DNA from: Verrucomicrobiota bacterium
GTDB lineage: Bacteria > Verrucomicrobiota > Verrucomicrobiia > Limisphaerales > MWDV01
Direction: 5' to 3'
DNA length: 64,000 bases
Assembly: GCA_035411585.1 (NCBI GenBank)
Contig: DAONTI010000010.1
Location: 47,370-111,369 of the forward strand
Position 1 is the first letter of the stretch; each line of letters starts with the position of its first letter. Shown here one piece after another: positions 49,583 to 60,161 of the stretch. Under the pieces are notes generated by a model. The model was not told where the DNA came from. It saw only the letters and a program-made list of their open reading frames with translations, and did no database searches. A program made the position numbers and the translations under genes.

Positions 49583-52018
49583 ATGATTTATCGAAATTTC
49601 TTCCGGACGTTGCCGCTGCTGGTGGTTTGTGCCGTGGCGGCCGGGGCGCGTGATTATCCCATTCAACCCGTGCCGCTGAACGCGGTTCAGGTGCGGGATG
49701 ATTTTTGGACGCTGCGGTTTGAAACCAACCGGGTGGTCACGGTCTGGTATGACTTCCACAAGTGCGAGGAGACCGGGCGCATAGATAATTTCGCCAAAGC
49801 CGGCAAACTGATGCCCGGCGAGTTTCAAGGCACGCCGTTTGATGATTCGGATGTGTTCAAGGTCATGGAAGGCGCCGCCTACATTCTGGCGATGCACCCG
49901 GATCCGAAGCTCGATCAATATCTGGACGAACTCATCGTCAAAATCGCGGCGGCGCAGGAGCCGGACGGGTATCTCTACACCGCGCGCACGATTGATCCGC
50001 AATGCCGGGTGAAATTTTTCGGGCCAACCCGCTGGTCCAATCTCTCCGTCAGCCATGAACTTTACAACGTCGGGCATCTCTACGAGGCGGCGGTGGCGCA
50101 TTTCCAGGCCACCGGCAAGCGGTCGCTGTTGCAGGTCGCGCTCAAGAACGCCGATCTGTTGTGCGACACGTTTGGTCCGGGCAAAGTGCAGGAACCGCCG
50201 GGGCATCAGGAAATCGAGATCGGTTTGGTGAAGCTCTATCGCGTCACCGGGGAGGAAAAGTATCTGCGGTTAGCCCGGTTCTTTGTGGACCTGCGCGGCC
50301 GGGCGGACACGCACGCATTGCGGGGTCCCTATCAACAGGATCACGCGCCCATTTTTGAGCAGACCGAGGCCGTGGGGCACGCGGTGCGGGCGGCTTATTT
50401 TTACAGCGGCGTGGCGGACGTGGCGGCCCTGACCGGCGACGCCCGCTACACGGCGGCGATTGACCGGCTGTGGACCGACGTGGTGGATCACAAACTGCAT
50501 CTCACCGGCGGCATCGGCGCCCGGCGATCGGGCGAGGCCTTTGGCGCGGCCTACGAGTTGCCCAATCGAACCGCCTACCTCGAAACCTGCGCGGCCATCG
50601 CCAACGTGTTTTGGAATCATCGCCTGTTCCTGCTGCACGGGCGGGCGGCATACGTGGATGTCCTGGAACGGGTGCTTTACAACGGCTTCCTCAGCGGCGT
50701 GGCGTTGAGTGGCGATCGTTTTTTCTATCCCAATCCGCTCGAAACCGACGGGCGCACGAAATTCAATCAAGGCGGGACCGAACGCGCGCCGTGGTTTGGG
50801 TGCTCCTGTTGTCCGGTGAATGTGGTGCGGTTCATCCCGTCCATCGCGGGATATATTTACGCCACGCGCGGGGAGACGCTGTACGTGAACCTGTTCATCG
50901 GGAGCCGCGCGACCGCCCGGGTGGGGGAGCGTACGGTGCGGTTGACGCAACAGACGCGGTATCCGTGGGCGGGGAGCGTGCGCTTGGGGATTGATCCGGA
51001 TCAAGCGGGCGAATTCACGGTCAACCTGCGCATTCCTGGCTGGGTGTTGGGCCAGCCCGTGCCCAGTGATTTGTACCGATACGCCGCTACGGCGCCGACG
51101 GAGAAGCAGACTACAACCGCGTTCCAAATCCATATCAACGGACGTGAATTCGAGGGCGGTCCGGTGCGGGACGGTTTTCTGGCGCTCCGACGCGTGTGGC
51201 AACCGGGTGACGAAGTGACGATCAATCTGCCGATGCCGGTGCGTCGGGTGATCGCGCATGAGGCGGTCAAGGATAACCTCGGCCGCATTGCCATCGAGCG
51301 CGGGCCGCTGGTGTATTGCGCCGAAGGCGCGGATAACGCCGGGGCGGTATTGAACGCCGTGTTGCCGGATGAGACGATACTGACGCCGGAGCATCACGCG
51401 GATTTGTTGGGCGGGGTGACGATGTTGCGGGGGCGCGCGTTGCGGGTGCAAAGAACGGATGATGGGCAACGTCAAACCCAGTCTGCCGAACTGAAATTGA
51501 TTCCGTATTACGCTTGGAACCATCGCGGCGCGAATGAGATGGCGGTCTGGCTGGCGCGCACGCCTGAGAGTGTGCCTTTGGCGTCCTTGATCCGGCCCCG
51601 TTACTCGGCGAGCGCATCACATTGTTTCGAGCACGACTCCGTGGAGGCGTTGTGCGACGGCATCGAGCCGGTCAGTTCGAACGATCATGACCTCCCCCGT
51701 TTCACCTGGTGGCCGCGCACGGGCAGTGCGGAGTGGGTGCAATACGATTTTGCTGCGCCCCGCAAGGTGTCGGGCATGGCGGTGTATTGGTTCGATGACA
51801 CTGGCGCGGGCAGTTGCCGGGTGCCGCAGTCGGCGCGGTTGCTCCATGCGGTGGGCGGGGAGTGGAAAACCGTGCCCGGCGCGGCGGCGGTGGGCGTCAA
51901 AAAAGACGCGTGGAATCATCTCCAGTTTCCCGCTCTCGAAGTTTCCCGCCTGCGTCTCGAAGCGCAACTGCAACCGAAATTCTCCGGCGGAATCTTGGAA
52001 TGGAAAATCACTGAATAA
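49583..52018 (+). CDS. glycoside hydrolase family 127 (beta-L-arabinofuranosidase-like, DUF1680) with C-terminal discoidin/F5-8-type-C-like domain
   Basis: Has a signal peptide. SHELYNVGHLYEAAVAH, PGHQEIEIGLVKLY, YLETCAAIAN and WFGCSCCPVNVVRF (the Glu/Cys3 Zn-site pattern of HypBA1-type GH127). The C-terminal ~150 aa (..EWVQYDF..VYWFDD..) look like a galactose-binding domain. Confidence 0.85.
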   Translation: MIYRNFFRTLPLLVVCAVAAGARDYPIQPVPLNAVQVRDDFWTLRFETNRVVTVWYDFHKCEETGRIDNFAKAGKLMPGEFQGTPFDDSDVFKVMEGAAYILAMHPDPKLDQYLDELIVKIAAAQEPDGYLYTARTIDPQCRVKFFGPTRWSNLSVSHELYNVGHLYEAAVAHFQATGKRSLLQVALKNADLLCDTFGPGKVQEPPGHQEIEIGLVKLYRVTGEEKYLRLARFFVDLRGRADTHALRGPYQQDHAPIFEQTEAVGHAVRAAYFYSGVADVAALTGDARYTAAIDRLWTDVVDHKLHLTGGIGARRSGEAFGAAYELPNRTAYLETCAAIANVFWNHRLFLLHGRAAYVDVLERVLYNGFLSGVALSGDRFFYPNPLETDGRTKFNQGGTERAPWFGCSCCPVNVVRFIPSIAGYIYATRGETLYVNLFIGSRATARVGERTVRLTQQTRYPWAGSVRLGIDPDQAGEFTVNLRIPGWVLGQPVPSDLYRYAATAPTEKQTTTAFQIHINGREFEGGPVRDGFLALRRVWQPGDEVTINLPMPVRRVIAHEAVKDNLGRIAIERGPLVYCAEGADNAGAVLNAVLPDETILTPEHHADLLGGVTMLRGRALRVQRTDDGQRQTQSAELKLIPYYAWNHRGANEMAVWLARTPESVPLASLIRPRYSASASHCFEHDSVEALCDGIEPVSSNDHDLPRFTWWPRTGSAEWVQYDFAAPRKVSGMAVYWFDDTGAGSCRVPQSARLLHAVGGEWKTVPGAAAVGVKKDAWNHLQFPALEVSRLRLEAQLQPKFSGGILEWKITE

Positions 52019-52038
52019 TCCTCACGTCAACCACCTTT

Positions 52039-53916
52039 ATGAAACAAATCCTGCAACGTCTTGTCCTTCTCGTTTTGGTAAGCGGTATGCCCGCGCTGGC
52101 GGCCTCAAAAACCTGGCAACCCGCCCAAGGGCCGTTGATGACCCGCTGGGCGGCGGAGGTCTCGCCCCGGAACGCGCATCCGGAATATCCGCGGCCGCAG
52201 ATGGTCCGCGCGGACTGGCAAAATCTGAACGGGCTTTGGGCCTACGCGGTCACCGATCGGGCTGCGGCGGCGCCGACGCACTGGGACGGTCAAATCCTCG
52301 TACCTTTTCCCATTGAATCCGCGCTTTCCGGTGTGATGCGGCGGGTGTACGAAACAAACCGCCTGTGGTACCGCCGCACGTTTACGATTCCGCGCGGCTG
52401 GCGGGGCCGGAATGTCCTGCTCCACTTTGGCGCCGTGGATTGGGAGACGACGGTTTACGTGAACGGCCAGGAGGTCGGCACTCATCGCGGCGGGTACGAC
52501 GCGTTTAACTTCGACATTACCGCCGCCCTCAAACCGCGCGGGCAACAGGAGATCCTGGTGGCGGTTTGGGATCCGACCGATGCCGGACCGCAACCGCGCG
52601 GCAAACAGGTCCGCAATCCCCACGGGATTTGGTACACCCCCACCAGCGGCATCTGGCAGACGGTGTGGCTAGAGCCGGTGTCGCGGGCGCATCTCCAAGA
52701 CTTGAAGATCACCCCCAATCTCGATGAATCCTCGGTGACCATCGAGGCGCGGGGCCTTGGCGATCGCGGGCGTCCCACAGTAAAGGTGCAGGTGTTGGAA
52801 GGCGCGGAAGTCGTGCGGGAAGGCATGATTGAGCAAATGATTTCCACCCGTTCCATTCCCCCGCAGATTCGCCCGTCAATCACGCTCTCCGTGCCAAACG
52901 CCCGGTCGTGGTCGCCGGACGCGCCCTTCCTTTACGGGCTCCGCGTGACCCTGCTGGAGAACGGCCGGAAGGTGGACGAAGTGGAGAGCTATTTCGGCCT
53001 GCGCAAAATTTCCCTGGCCCCGGACGCCTACGGCAACCTGCGTCTGCATCTGAACAATCAACCCTATTTCCAATTCGGTCCGCTGGATCAAGGGTTCTGG
53101 CCCGATGGCCTTTATACCGCGCCCACCGATGCCGCGTTGCGGTACGACATCGAAATGACCAAGAAGCTCGGGTTCAACATGGCGCGCAAGCATGTGAAGA
53201 TCGAGCCCGCCCGCTGGTATTACTGGTGCGACAAACTCGGCCTGCTGGTCTGGCAGGACCTGCCCAGCGGCGACCGCAGCGCCAAATGGAAAGGGCCCAG
53301 CGGCATTGACGGCGAAGAAATGCAACGCACACCTGAATCCACCGCCATTTTCGAGCACGAATTGCGCGCCATGATCGCCGGGTTGTACAATCATCCCTCC
53401 ATTGTCATCTGGGTGCCGTTCAACGAAGGCTGGGGTCAGTTCGACACCGTGCGGATTCTGAATCTGACCAAGCAACTCGATCCCACGCGGCTCGTGAATG
53501 GTGCGAGCGGCGGCAATCATTTCCCGGCGGGCGACATCATTGACCATCATCAATATCCGGGTCCGGGATTGCCGCCGCGGGTGACCGATCGCGCCATGGT
53601 GCTGGGCGAGTTCGGCGGGCTGGGGTTGCCGCTCAAGGGCCACACCTGGCAGGACGAAAAAAATTGGGGCTACAAGAGCTTCACCAACGCCCAGGACCTG
53701 ACCCGGGCCTACGTGGAACTGCTGGAGAAATTGCATCCGTTGACCGGACGCGACGGACTCAGCGCCGCCATTTACACGCAGACCACCGACGTGGAAATCG
53801 AGGTCAACGGGTTGATGACCTATGATCGCGCGGAAGTGAAAATGGATGTGGAACGCATCGCGACGGCGAACCGGAAAGTTTACACGCCGCCGCCCCAACC
53901 CGCCTCGACGGAGTAG
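52039..53916 (+). CDS. glycoside hydrolase family 2 protein
   Basis: Has a signal peptide. HPEYPRPQMVRADWQNLNGLW..., the sugar-binding beta-sandwich, and the TIM-barrel motifs FNMARKH and IVIWVPFNEGWGQ (acid/base NE) are typical of GH2. Confidence 0.85.
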   Translation: MKQILQRLVLLVLVSGMPALAASKTWQPAQGPLMTRWAAEVSPRNAHPEYPRPQMVRADWQNLNGLWAYAVTDRAAAAPTHWDGQILVPFPIESALSGVMRRVYETNRLWYRRTFTIPRGWRGRNVLLHFGAVDWETTVYVNGQEVGTHRGGYDAFNFDITAALKPRGQQEILVAVWDPTDAGPQPRGKQVRNPHGIWYTPTSGIWQTVWLEPVSRAHLQDLKITPNLDESSVTIEARGLGDRGRPTVKVQVLEGAEVVREGMIEQMISTRSIPPQIRPSITLSVPNARSWSPDAPFLYGLRVTLLENGRKVDEVESYFGLRKISLAPDAYGNLRLHLNNQPYFQFGPLDQGFWPDGLYTAPTDAALRYDIEMTKKLGFNMARKHVKIEPARWYYWCDKLGLLVWQDLPSGDRSAKWKGPSGIDGEEMQRTPESTAIFEHELRAMIAGLYNHPSIVIWVPFNEGWGQFDTVRILNLTKQLDPTRLVNGASGGNHFPAGDIIDHHQYPGPGLPPRVTDRAMVLGEFGGLGLPLKGHTWQDEKNWGYKSFTNAQDLTRAYVELLEKLHPLTGRDGLSAAIYTQTTDVEIEVNGLMTYDRAEVKMDVERIATANRKVYTPPPQPASTE

Positions 53917-53930
53917 CAAGGAGACCGAAC

Positions 53931-56576
53931 ATGGAAACTGATGTGCGGTTGGTTGATGGCAAATCGCCCGCCGGACCGTCCGGTGTTGGCGCGGTCAAGG
54001 TCACAGCGGCAGAGGACTGCCGCACGCTCGGACGCCGCCGGGTTGTTGGCGTCGTGGGGCTGTTCGTTGCTTTGGTAATTCAGGCCGTGTTGGGCGCCGT
54101 CGCGCAAGAGCCGCCCCCTTTGCGCCCACCCGCCGTGCCGCTGGTGACCTGCGATCCTTATTTCAGCATCTGGTCGCCGGCGGACAAACTGACCGACGCG
54201 GACACCGCCCACTGGACCAGCAAACCGCAGCGGCTCACCAGTCTCGTGCGGATTGACGGCCGACCGTTTCGCGTAATGGGCAAAACTCCCGCCGACGCGC
54301 CCGCGTTGCCCCAAACCAAACTCGAAGTGCTGCCGACCCGCACGATCTATTCCTTCGAAGGCGCCGGTGTGCAACTGACACTCACATTCATGACGGCCGC
54401 GTTGCCAGACGATCTGGATTTGCTCGCCCGACCGGTCACATATCTGACTTGGAAAGTTAAATCCGCCGATGGAAAAAAACACGAAGTTGAAATCAGCCAG
54501 AATGCTTCGGCGGAAATCGCGGCTAACATACCCAGTCAAATCGTCGCTCCCAGCCACGAAAAGATCGGAAATCTGGAGGTCTTAAAAGTCGGCACGGTCG
54601 AACAACCCGTCCTGGCGAAGAAAGGAGACGACCTGCGAATTGATTGGGGCTATTTCTACGTGGCCGCCCCGGCAGCGTCGGTGCGTCGAGCAGGAATTGT
54701 CGCCAAGAATTCCGGTCAAGGCAACCCTCCGCCAACCGGCCCCGCCGACGCTTTTCAAACCGAAGTTTTGTTTCAGCCTCTGTCCGTTACGTCGCAACCC
54801 GTGTCCTGCTGGCTCATGCTCGCCTATGATGACGAGTATTCCATCCAATACATGAAGAAGAACCTGCGCCCGTATTGGCGGCGCAATGGGGATGACGCCG
54901 CGGCGCTTTTGCGAAAGGCGGCGGCCGATTACGCTTCACTGCAACAACGCTGCGAAAAATTCGACGCCGAATTGATGACGGATTTGCGACAGGCGGGTGG
55001 CGAGAAATACGCGCGACTCGCGGCCCTGGCGTACCGGCAATGTTTCGCCGCGGGCAAATTCGTGGCCGACGCCAACGGGCAACCGCTGCAATTCAGCAAG
55101 GAAAATCATTCCAACGGTTGCATCGGCACGAGCGACATCTTTTATCCGATGTCACCGCAGTTTCTGCTATTCGGCCCCACCCTGCCCAAAACGTTTCTGG
55201 TGCCGTTCATGAATTACGCGTCCAGCGAGCATTGGAAATTTCCGTTTGCGCCGCACGACCTCGGCACGTATCCGCAGGCGAACGGGCAGGTCTATGGCGG
55301 CGGCGAGCGTTCCGAAGAAAACCAGATGCCGGTCGAAGAAAGCGGCAACGTGCTCATCGTCATGACGGCAATTGCCGAAATCGAGGGGAACGCCGATTTT
55401 GCCGGGCAGTGGTGGCCCACACTTGAAAAATGGGCTGAGTATCTCAAGGCCCGCGGCTTCGATCCGGAGAATCAGTTGTGCACGGACGATTTTGCCGGAC
55501 ACCTGGCGCACAATGTCAATCTGAGTGCGAAGGCCATTGTCGGCCTGGGCGCGTTTGCCAAATTATGTGAACTGCGCGGGGATCACGCCAAGGCCGGCGA
55601 ATACCGGGAGCTCGCGCGCGCCTTCGCCCAACGCTGGATGAAGGAAGCCGATGACGGCGATCATTTCCGACTGGCGTTCGACAAACCCGGCACGTGGAGT
55701 CAGAAATACAATCTCATCTGGGATCGCATTCTCGGTCTGAACCTGTTCCCCGCGGAAGTGGCGCAAAAGGAAATGGCTTATTACAAAAAGAAGCAAAATC
55801 GCTACGGCCTGCCCTTGGACAATCGCAAGGATTACACCAAGCTCGATTGGATTACATGGAGCGCCACGCTCACGCAAAACCGGACGGATTTCGAGACGCT
55901 GATTGATCCGGTCTATCGGTTTTTGAACGAAGCGCCGGATCGCGCACCGCTGACGGATTGGTATGATTCCAAAACGGCGAAGAAAGTCGGCTTCACTGGG
56001 CGGCCCGTGGTGGGCGGCGTGTTCGCTCGGCTGCTCTACGACAAACCCGTATGGCGTAAATGGGCGAGTCGCGACCGGACGCATGCCGCAGGTTGGGCGC
56101 CGATTCCAATCCCGCCAAAAATCACGCCAGTGGTGCCAGCCGCCGATACCGCCGCTGTCGTCTGGCGTTACACGACAACCAAACCCGCCGACGGATGGAC
56201 GGCTCCCGGTTTTAATGATTCGGCCTGGAAAGAAGGCAAAAGCGGTTTCGGCACGCGCGGCACACCGGGCGCAATCATTGGCACGGAATGGAACACCGCG
56301 GACATCTGGCTGCGGCGGACGATTGATATTCCAGCCGCCCAACTGGCGAACATTCAACTCTGGCTGCATCACGATGAAGATGCCGAAGTTTATTTCAATG
56401 GCGTGCTGGTGTTTCGCACCACGGGTTGGACCACCAGCTACGACGCGTTTCCCCTAAGCGCGCAAGGCAAGTCGGCACTCAAAGCGGGCCGTAACGTGGT
56501 GGCGATCCATTGCCATCAAACCGGTGGCGGCCAGTACATTGATTTGGGCCTCATCACCGTCGAAGCCGCGCCGTAA
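53931..56576 (+). CDS. glutaminase-A-like DUF4964/DUF5127/DUF4965/DUF1793 family putative glycoside hydrolase with C-terminal galactose-binding-like module
   Basis: PPAVPLVTCDPYFSIWSPADKLTD..WTSKPQRLTSLVRIDGRPFRVMG is the typical N-terminus of this family. An (alpha/alpha)6-like middle region follows. The C-terminal module is WRYTTTKPADGWTAPGFNDSAWKEGKSGFG...IWLRRTIDIP...EVYFNGVLV. Confidence 0.8.
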   Translation: METDVRLVDGKSPAGPSGVGAVKVTAAEDCRTLGRRRVVGVVGLFVALVIQAVLGAVAQEPPPLRPPAVPLVTCDPYFSIWSPADKLTDADTAHWTSKPQRLTSLVRIDGRPFRVMGKTPADAPALPQTKLEVLPTRTIYSFEGAGVQLTLTFMTAALPDDLDLLARPVTYLTWKVKSADGKKHEVEISQNASAEIAANIPSQIVAPSHEKIGNLEVLKVGTVEQPVLAKKGDDLRIDWGYFYVAAPAASVRRAGIVAKNSGQGNPPPTGPADAFQTEVLFQPLSVTSQPVSCWLMLAYDDEYSIQYMKKNLRPYWRRNGDDAAALLRKAAADYASLQQRCEKFDAELMTDLRQAGGEKYARLAALAYRQCFAAGKFVADANGQPLQFSKENHSNGCIGTSDIFYPMSPQFLLFGPTLPKTFLVPFMNYASSEHWKFPFAPHDLGTYPQANGQVYGGGERSEENQMPVEESGNVLIVMTAIAEIEGNADFAGQWWPTLEKWAEYLKARGFDPENQLCTDDFAGHLAHNVNLSAKAIVGLGAFAKLCELRGDHAKAGEYRELARAFAQRWMKEADDGDHFRLAFDKPGTWSQKYNLIWDRILGLNLFPAEVAQKEMAYYKKKQNRYGLPLDNRKDYTKLDWITWSATLTQNRTDFETLIDPVYRFLNEAPDRAPLTDWYDSKTAKKVGFTGRPVVGGVFARLLYDKPVWRKWASRDRTHAAGWAPIPIPPKITPVVPAADTAAVVWRYTTTKPADGWTAPGFNDSAWKEGKSGFGTRGTPGAIIGTEWNTADIWLRRTIDIPAAQLANIQLWLHHDEDAEVYFNGVLVFRTTGWTTSYDAFPLSAQGKSALKAGRNVVAIHCHQTGGGQYIDLGLITVEAAP

Positions 56577-56585
56577 CCGTTATTC

Positions 56586-57896
56586 ATGCACAACTCATTG
56601 CTTAAACTCCTGGCGATTCCTTGCGGAGTCGTTCTGTTGACAACTTTCACCGTGGCGGCGGGGGCCGGCCCTTTGGTCGTGACAGATTTCGGTGCCAAAG
56701 GCGACGGTCAAACCGATGACACGGCCGCCTTCCAGAAAGCGTTGGAAGCCGCGGGCGACGCGGGCGGCGGGGTGGTGTTTGCGCCGCGGGGTAACTATTT
56801 TTTTGCCGGACACCTCACGGTACCGCCTGCCGTCACACTGAAAGGTATTTGGGAATCCGTGCCCGCGCACAACGGCATTCGCAATCCCGGATTGCCCAAA
56901 CCCACCGAGGACGGCACCACGTTTCTCGTCACCGCCGACGCCGGGCGGGAGGAGGGGCCGGCGTTCATCACCCTGAACCATAACAGCACGCTGAAAGGGG
57001 TGGTCATTTATTATCCAGAACAGCGCGTGGATGCGCCACCGCAGCCCTATCCCTACGCCATCGCCATGCGCGGCAAAAACCCCGCCGTGCTGGCGGTGGA
57101 ATTGCTGAATCCGTACAACGGCATTGATGCCTCGCGTAATGAACGCCACTTGATTCGCGATGTCCACGGGCAGCCGTTGCGCCGCGGTATTTTCGTGGAC
57201 GTCATCTACGACATCGGCCGCATTGAAAACGTGCATTTTAATCCGTGGTGGAGCATGAAACCCAAATTGTTTCAGTGGCAGATGCAGCACGGGGAGGCGT
57301 TCATCTTTGGCAAGAGCGACTGGCAATATGTCCTCAACACCTTCTGTTTCGGTTACAACGTGGGGTACAAATTCATTCAAACCAAGACCGGTGTCTGCAA
57401 CGGCAACTTCCTCGGCATCGGCGCGGACGACTGTTTTACGGCGCTTGAAGTCGAACAATGTTCGCGCATCGGTTTGCTGATTACCAACGGCGAATTTGTT
57501 TCCTTTCATGGTCCCGATCCCACCATGGTGCGCGTGGGTGCCAACAATGTGGGCAGCGTGCGATTCGTCAATTGCGCGTTTTGGGGCCCGTGCCATCAAA
57601 TTGCCCGGGTGAGCGGCGCCGGCACGGTGGGGTTTGGGGATTGCACCTTCATGCAGTGGGATCATCGCGGAGAAGGCCGCGCGGCGCTCCAGGCGGAAAG
57701 CGGCGATCTCTTGGTGCGCGGCTGTGAGTTCCAAGAGGACAAACTTCAGGTGACCTTGGGGGCGTCTGTCCAGCGGGCCGTGATTACGGGCAATATCATC
57801 AAAGGAAAATTGAACATCGCCAACCAAAGCAAGGGCAGCGTCATCGTGAAGGATAATGCCAGCGATGATCGGAAAGCGGACGCCCCGGGGAATTAG
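56586..57896 (+). CDS. pectate-lyase-superfamily (right-handed beta-helix, GH28/GH55-related) protein
   Basis: Has a signal peptide. VVTDFGAKGDGQTDDTAAFQKALEAAGDAGGGVVFAPRGNYFF is the Pectate_lyase_3-type N-terminal signature. Confidence 0.75.
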   Translation: MHNSLLKLLAIPCGVVLLTTFTVAAGAGPLVVTDFGAKGDGQTDDTAAFQKALEAAGDAGGGVVFAPRGNYFFAGHLTVPPAVTLKGIWESVPAHNGIRNPGLPKPTEDGTTFLVTADAGREEGPAFITLNHNSTLKGVVIYYPEQRVDAPPQPYPYAIAMRGKNPAVLAVELLNPYNGIDASRNERHLIRDVHGQPLRRGIFVDVIYDIGRIENVHFNPWWSMKPKLFQWQMQHGEAFIFGKSDWQYVLNTFCFGYNVGYKFIQTKTGVCNGNFLGIGADDCFTALEVEQCSRIGLLITNGEFVSFHGPDPTMVRVGANNVGSVRFVNCAFWGPCHQIARVSGAGTVGFGDCTFMQWDHRGEGRAALQAESGDLLVRGCEFQEDKLQVTLGASVQRAVITGNIIKGKLNIANQSKGSVIVKDNASDDRKADAPGN

Positions 57897-57962
57897 CGCG
57901 TTGACCGGACGATTGTTGCTCCACAAAACCCCGTTCCTCCTCGGCGTCGAGACACTCCTTCC

Positions 57963-60161
57963 ATGAACTCCCTTATACCTCCTTCTTCCCCGTCTGCTGT
58001 TATGCATCGTGCGGGATTGTTTTTTCTCCTCACGCTGGCGGTGATGTTGGGGGGGTGCCGTGCGTGGCCGCGTGCCTCCGCGCATCGTCCAGCGCAACCG
58101 CAAACCGGCCCGGGCATTTTTTTTGTCGCGACTAACGGCAATGATGCCTGGTCAGGCCGGAGGGCAGTCCCGAATTGGCGCAAGACAGACGGGCCCTTCG
58201 CGACCCTGCCACGCGCCTTGACCGCAGTGCGCGAATACAAAGCAGGGCAGGGGAGCAGTGAGCCGAACGGGGCGACGATTTGGGTCCGCGATGGCACGTA
58301 TTTCCTTTCCGCTCCCCTGACGCTCACGCCGGACGATTCCCAATTGACCCTGGCGGCTTATCCGGAAGAACACCCCGTGCTCAGTGGCGGGCGGCGCATC
58401 GCGAACTGGCGTGAATCCCAAGTTAACGGGCGTCCGGTTTGGGTGGCGGAAGTGCCGGCCGCGCGTGGCGGGCGCTGGTCCTTTCGTGAACTTTGGGTGA
58501 ATGGGCAACGGGCCGTGCGCGCTCGGCGGCCCAATTGGGGATACTACCAAGTGGCCGGGTTGCCCGATCGCACGCCTAATTGGACTGACGGCCACGCGCG
58601 GTTCCGCTTCCAGGCGGATGATCTGCAGGCATGGCCCACCTGCACAAACGCCGATGTAGTCGTCATGACCCGCTGGGTGGAATCGCGATTGCCGGTGGTG
58701 GCGGTGGATGCGGCGGCGCGGGAGGTCCGGTTTGCCAAACGGTCGGTGTTTCAACTCCAGCCCGGTGATTATTACTACATCGAAGGCGCCTTGGAATTAT
58801 TGGATTTGGAAGGCGAATGGTATCTCGATCCCAATGCCGGTCGGTTGTTTTACGCTCCGCGATCCGGGGAAACGCCGGAGCGTGCTGAAGTCATTGCTCC
58901 GGTGTTGCAATTTGTTGTGCGTCTGGCGGGACAGCCTGAGGCAGAGCGATTTGTGGAACGGGTCAATTTTCGCGGGCTGACGTTTGCTCACGCGGAATGG
59001 ACGTTTCCGTCCGACGAAGCCACCGCCCGTCGTGCGGCCACGATCTGGCCGGCCCCGTCCACCCAGATCGGAGGCTTTGCCCAGGCCGCCGTCGGGGTGA
59101 CTGGTGCGGTGTGGGGGGAAGGCGCGCGGGAATGTGTCTTTAAGGAATGTCAATTCACGCATCTCGGTGCGTATGGTCTGGAACTGGGCCGCGGCTGCCA
59201 GAGCAATTTGATTTCACGGTGCGAATTCGCAGACCTGGGCGCCGGCGGGATCAAGATTGGCGAAACACACATCCGGGAGAATCTGGCCGAGCTGGCCCGC
59301 GCCAACGAGATCACGGATTGCTGGCTGCACCACGGCGGCCGGACGTTTCACAGCGGGATCGCGATTTGGATCGGGCAATCGCCGGATAATTGCGCCCAGC
59401 ACAATTTGATTCATGATTTCTACTACACCGGCATCTCCATTGGCTGGACTTGGGGTTACGATCCGCGCGCACGGGCGACTAATAACTGGGTCGCGTTCAA
59501 TCATGTTCATCACATTGGGGTGCAGTCGGATGGCGACGGGCCGATTCTGAGTGACATGGGCGGCATTTACACCTTGGGAATGCAACCGGGCACACGCATC
59601 GTGAACAATCTGTGGCACGACATCGCGGGCCTGCGCTACGGCGGCTGGGGCATCTACACCGATGAAGGCAGCAGCAGGGTTCTTATCGAAAGCAATCTAG
59701 TGTATCGCACAACCCACGGCGGTTTCCATCAGCATTACGGGGCGACCAATATCGTGCGGAACAATATCTTCGCCTTTGCCCGCGCCCATCAACTCCAGCG
59801 CACCCGGGACGAGCCGCATCCCAGCTTCAGCTTCAGCAACAACGTTGTGGTGTTCAACCACGGGGTGGTGTTGGGCGGAAGCTGGCGGAACGATCGGTTC
59901 ATCCTGGACCGCAACCTGTATTGGGACTACCGGGCCGCGGCCACGCCCGATGACCTGACCTTCGCCGGCGGGACATTCGATCATTGGCGCAAGCGCGGGC
60001 ACGACATGCACTCACTCTTTGCCGATCCACTGTTTATCGCCCCGGAGCAGGATGATTTCCGGTTGCTCCCGGCGTCGCCGGCTTTCCGACTGGGCTTTCA
60101 ACCGATTGAAATCAGCCGGGTTGGTCCACGCGGAGACCCCGGTTCGGTGGGAATAAAATGA
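57963..60161 (+). CDS. right-handed parallel beta-helix repeat protein (probable polysaccharide lyase/hydrolase), lipoprotein-like
   Basis: Possible lipobox in LTLAVMLGGC. FFVATNGNDAWSG...GPFATLPRAL...IWVRDGTY is the usual N-terminus of beta-helix enzymes. Repeated G-x-Y/I-x-D/N beta-helix turns are present (GIAIW, GISIGW, GGIYT, WGIYTDEGSS). Confidence 0.75.
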   Translation: MNSLIPPSSPSAVMHRAGLFFLLTLAVMLGGCRAWPRASAHRPAQPQTGPGIFFVATNGNDAWSGRRAVPNWRKTDGPFATLPRALTAVREYKAGQGSSEPNGATIWVRDGTYFLSAPLTLTPDDSQLTLAAYPEEHPVLSGGRRIANWRESQVNGRPVWVAEVPAARGGRWSFRELWVNGQRAVRARRPNWGYYQVAGLPDRTPNWTDGHARFRFQADDLQAWPTCTNADVVVMTRWVESRLPVVAVDAAAREVRFAKRSVFQLQPGDYYYIEGALELLDLEGEWYLDPNAGRLFYAPRSGETPERAEVIAPVLQFVVRLAGQPEAERFVERVNFRGLTFAHAEWTFPSDEATARRAATIWPAPSTQIGGFAQAAVGVTGAVWGEGARECVFKECQFTHLGAYGLELGRGCQSNLISRCEFADLGAGGIKIGETHIRENLAELARANEITDCWLHHGGRTFHSGIAIWIGQSPDNCAQHNLIHDFYYTGISIGWTWGYDPRARATNNWVAFNHVHHIGVQSDGDGPILSDMGGIYTLGMQPGTRIVNNLWHDIAGLRYGGWGIYTDEGSSRVLIESNLVYRTTHGGFHQHYGATNIVRNNIFAFARAHQLQRTRDEPHPSFSFSNNVVVFNHGVVLGGSWRNDRFILDRNLYWDYRAAATPDDLTFAGGTFDHWRKRGHDMHSLFADPLFIAPEQDDFRLLPASPAFRLGFQPIEISRVGPRGDPGSVGIK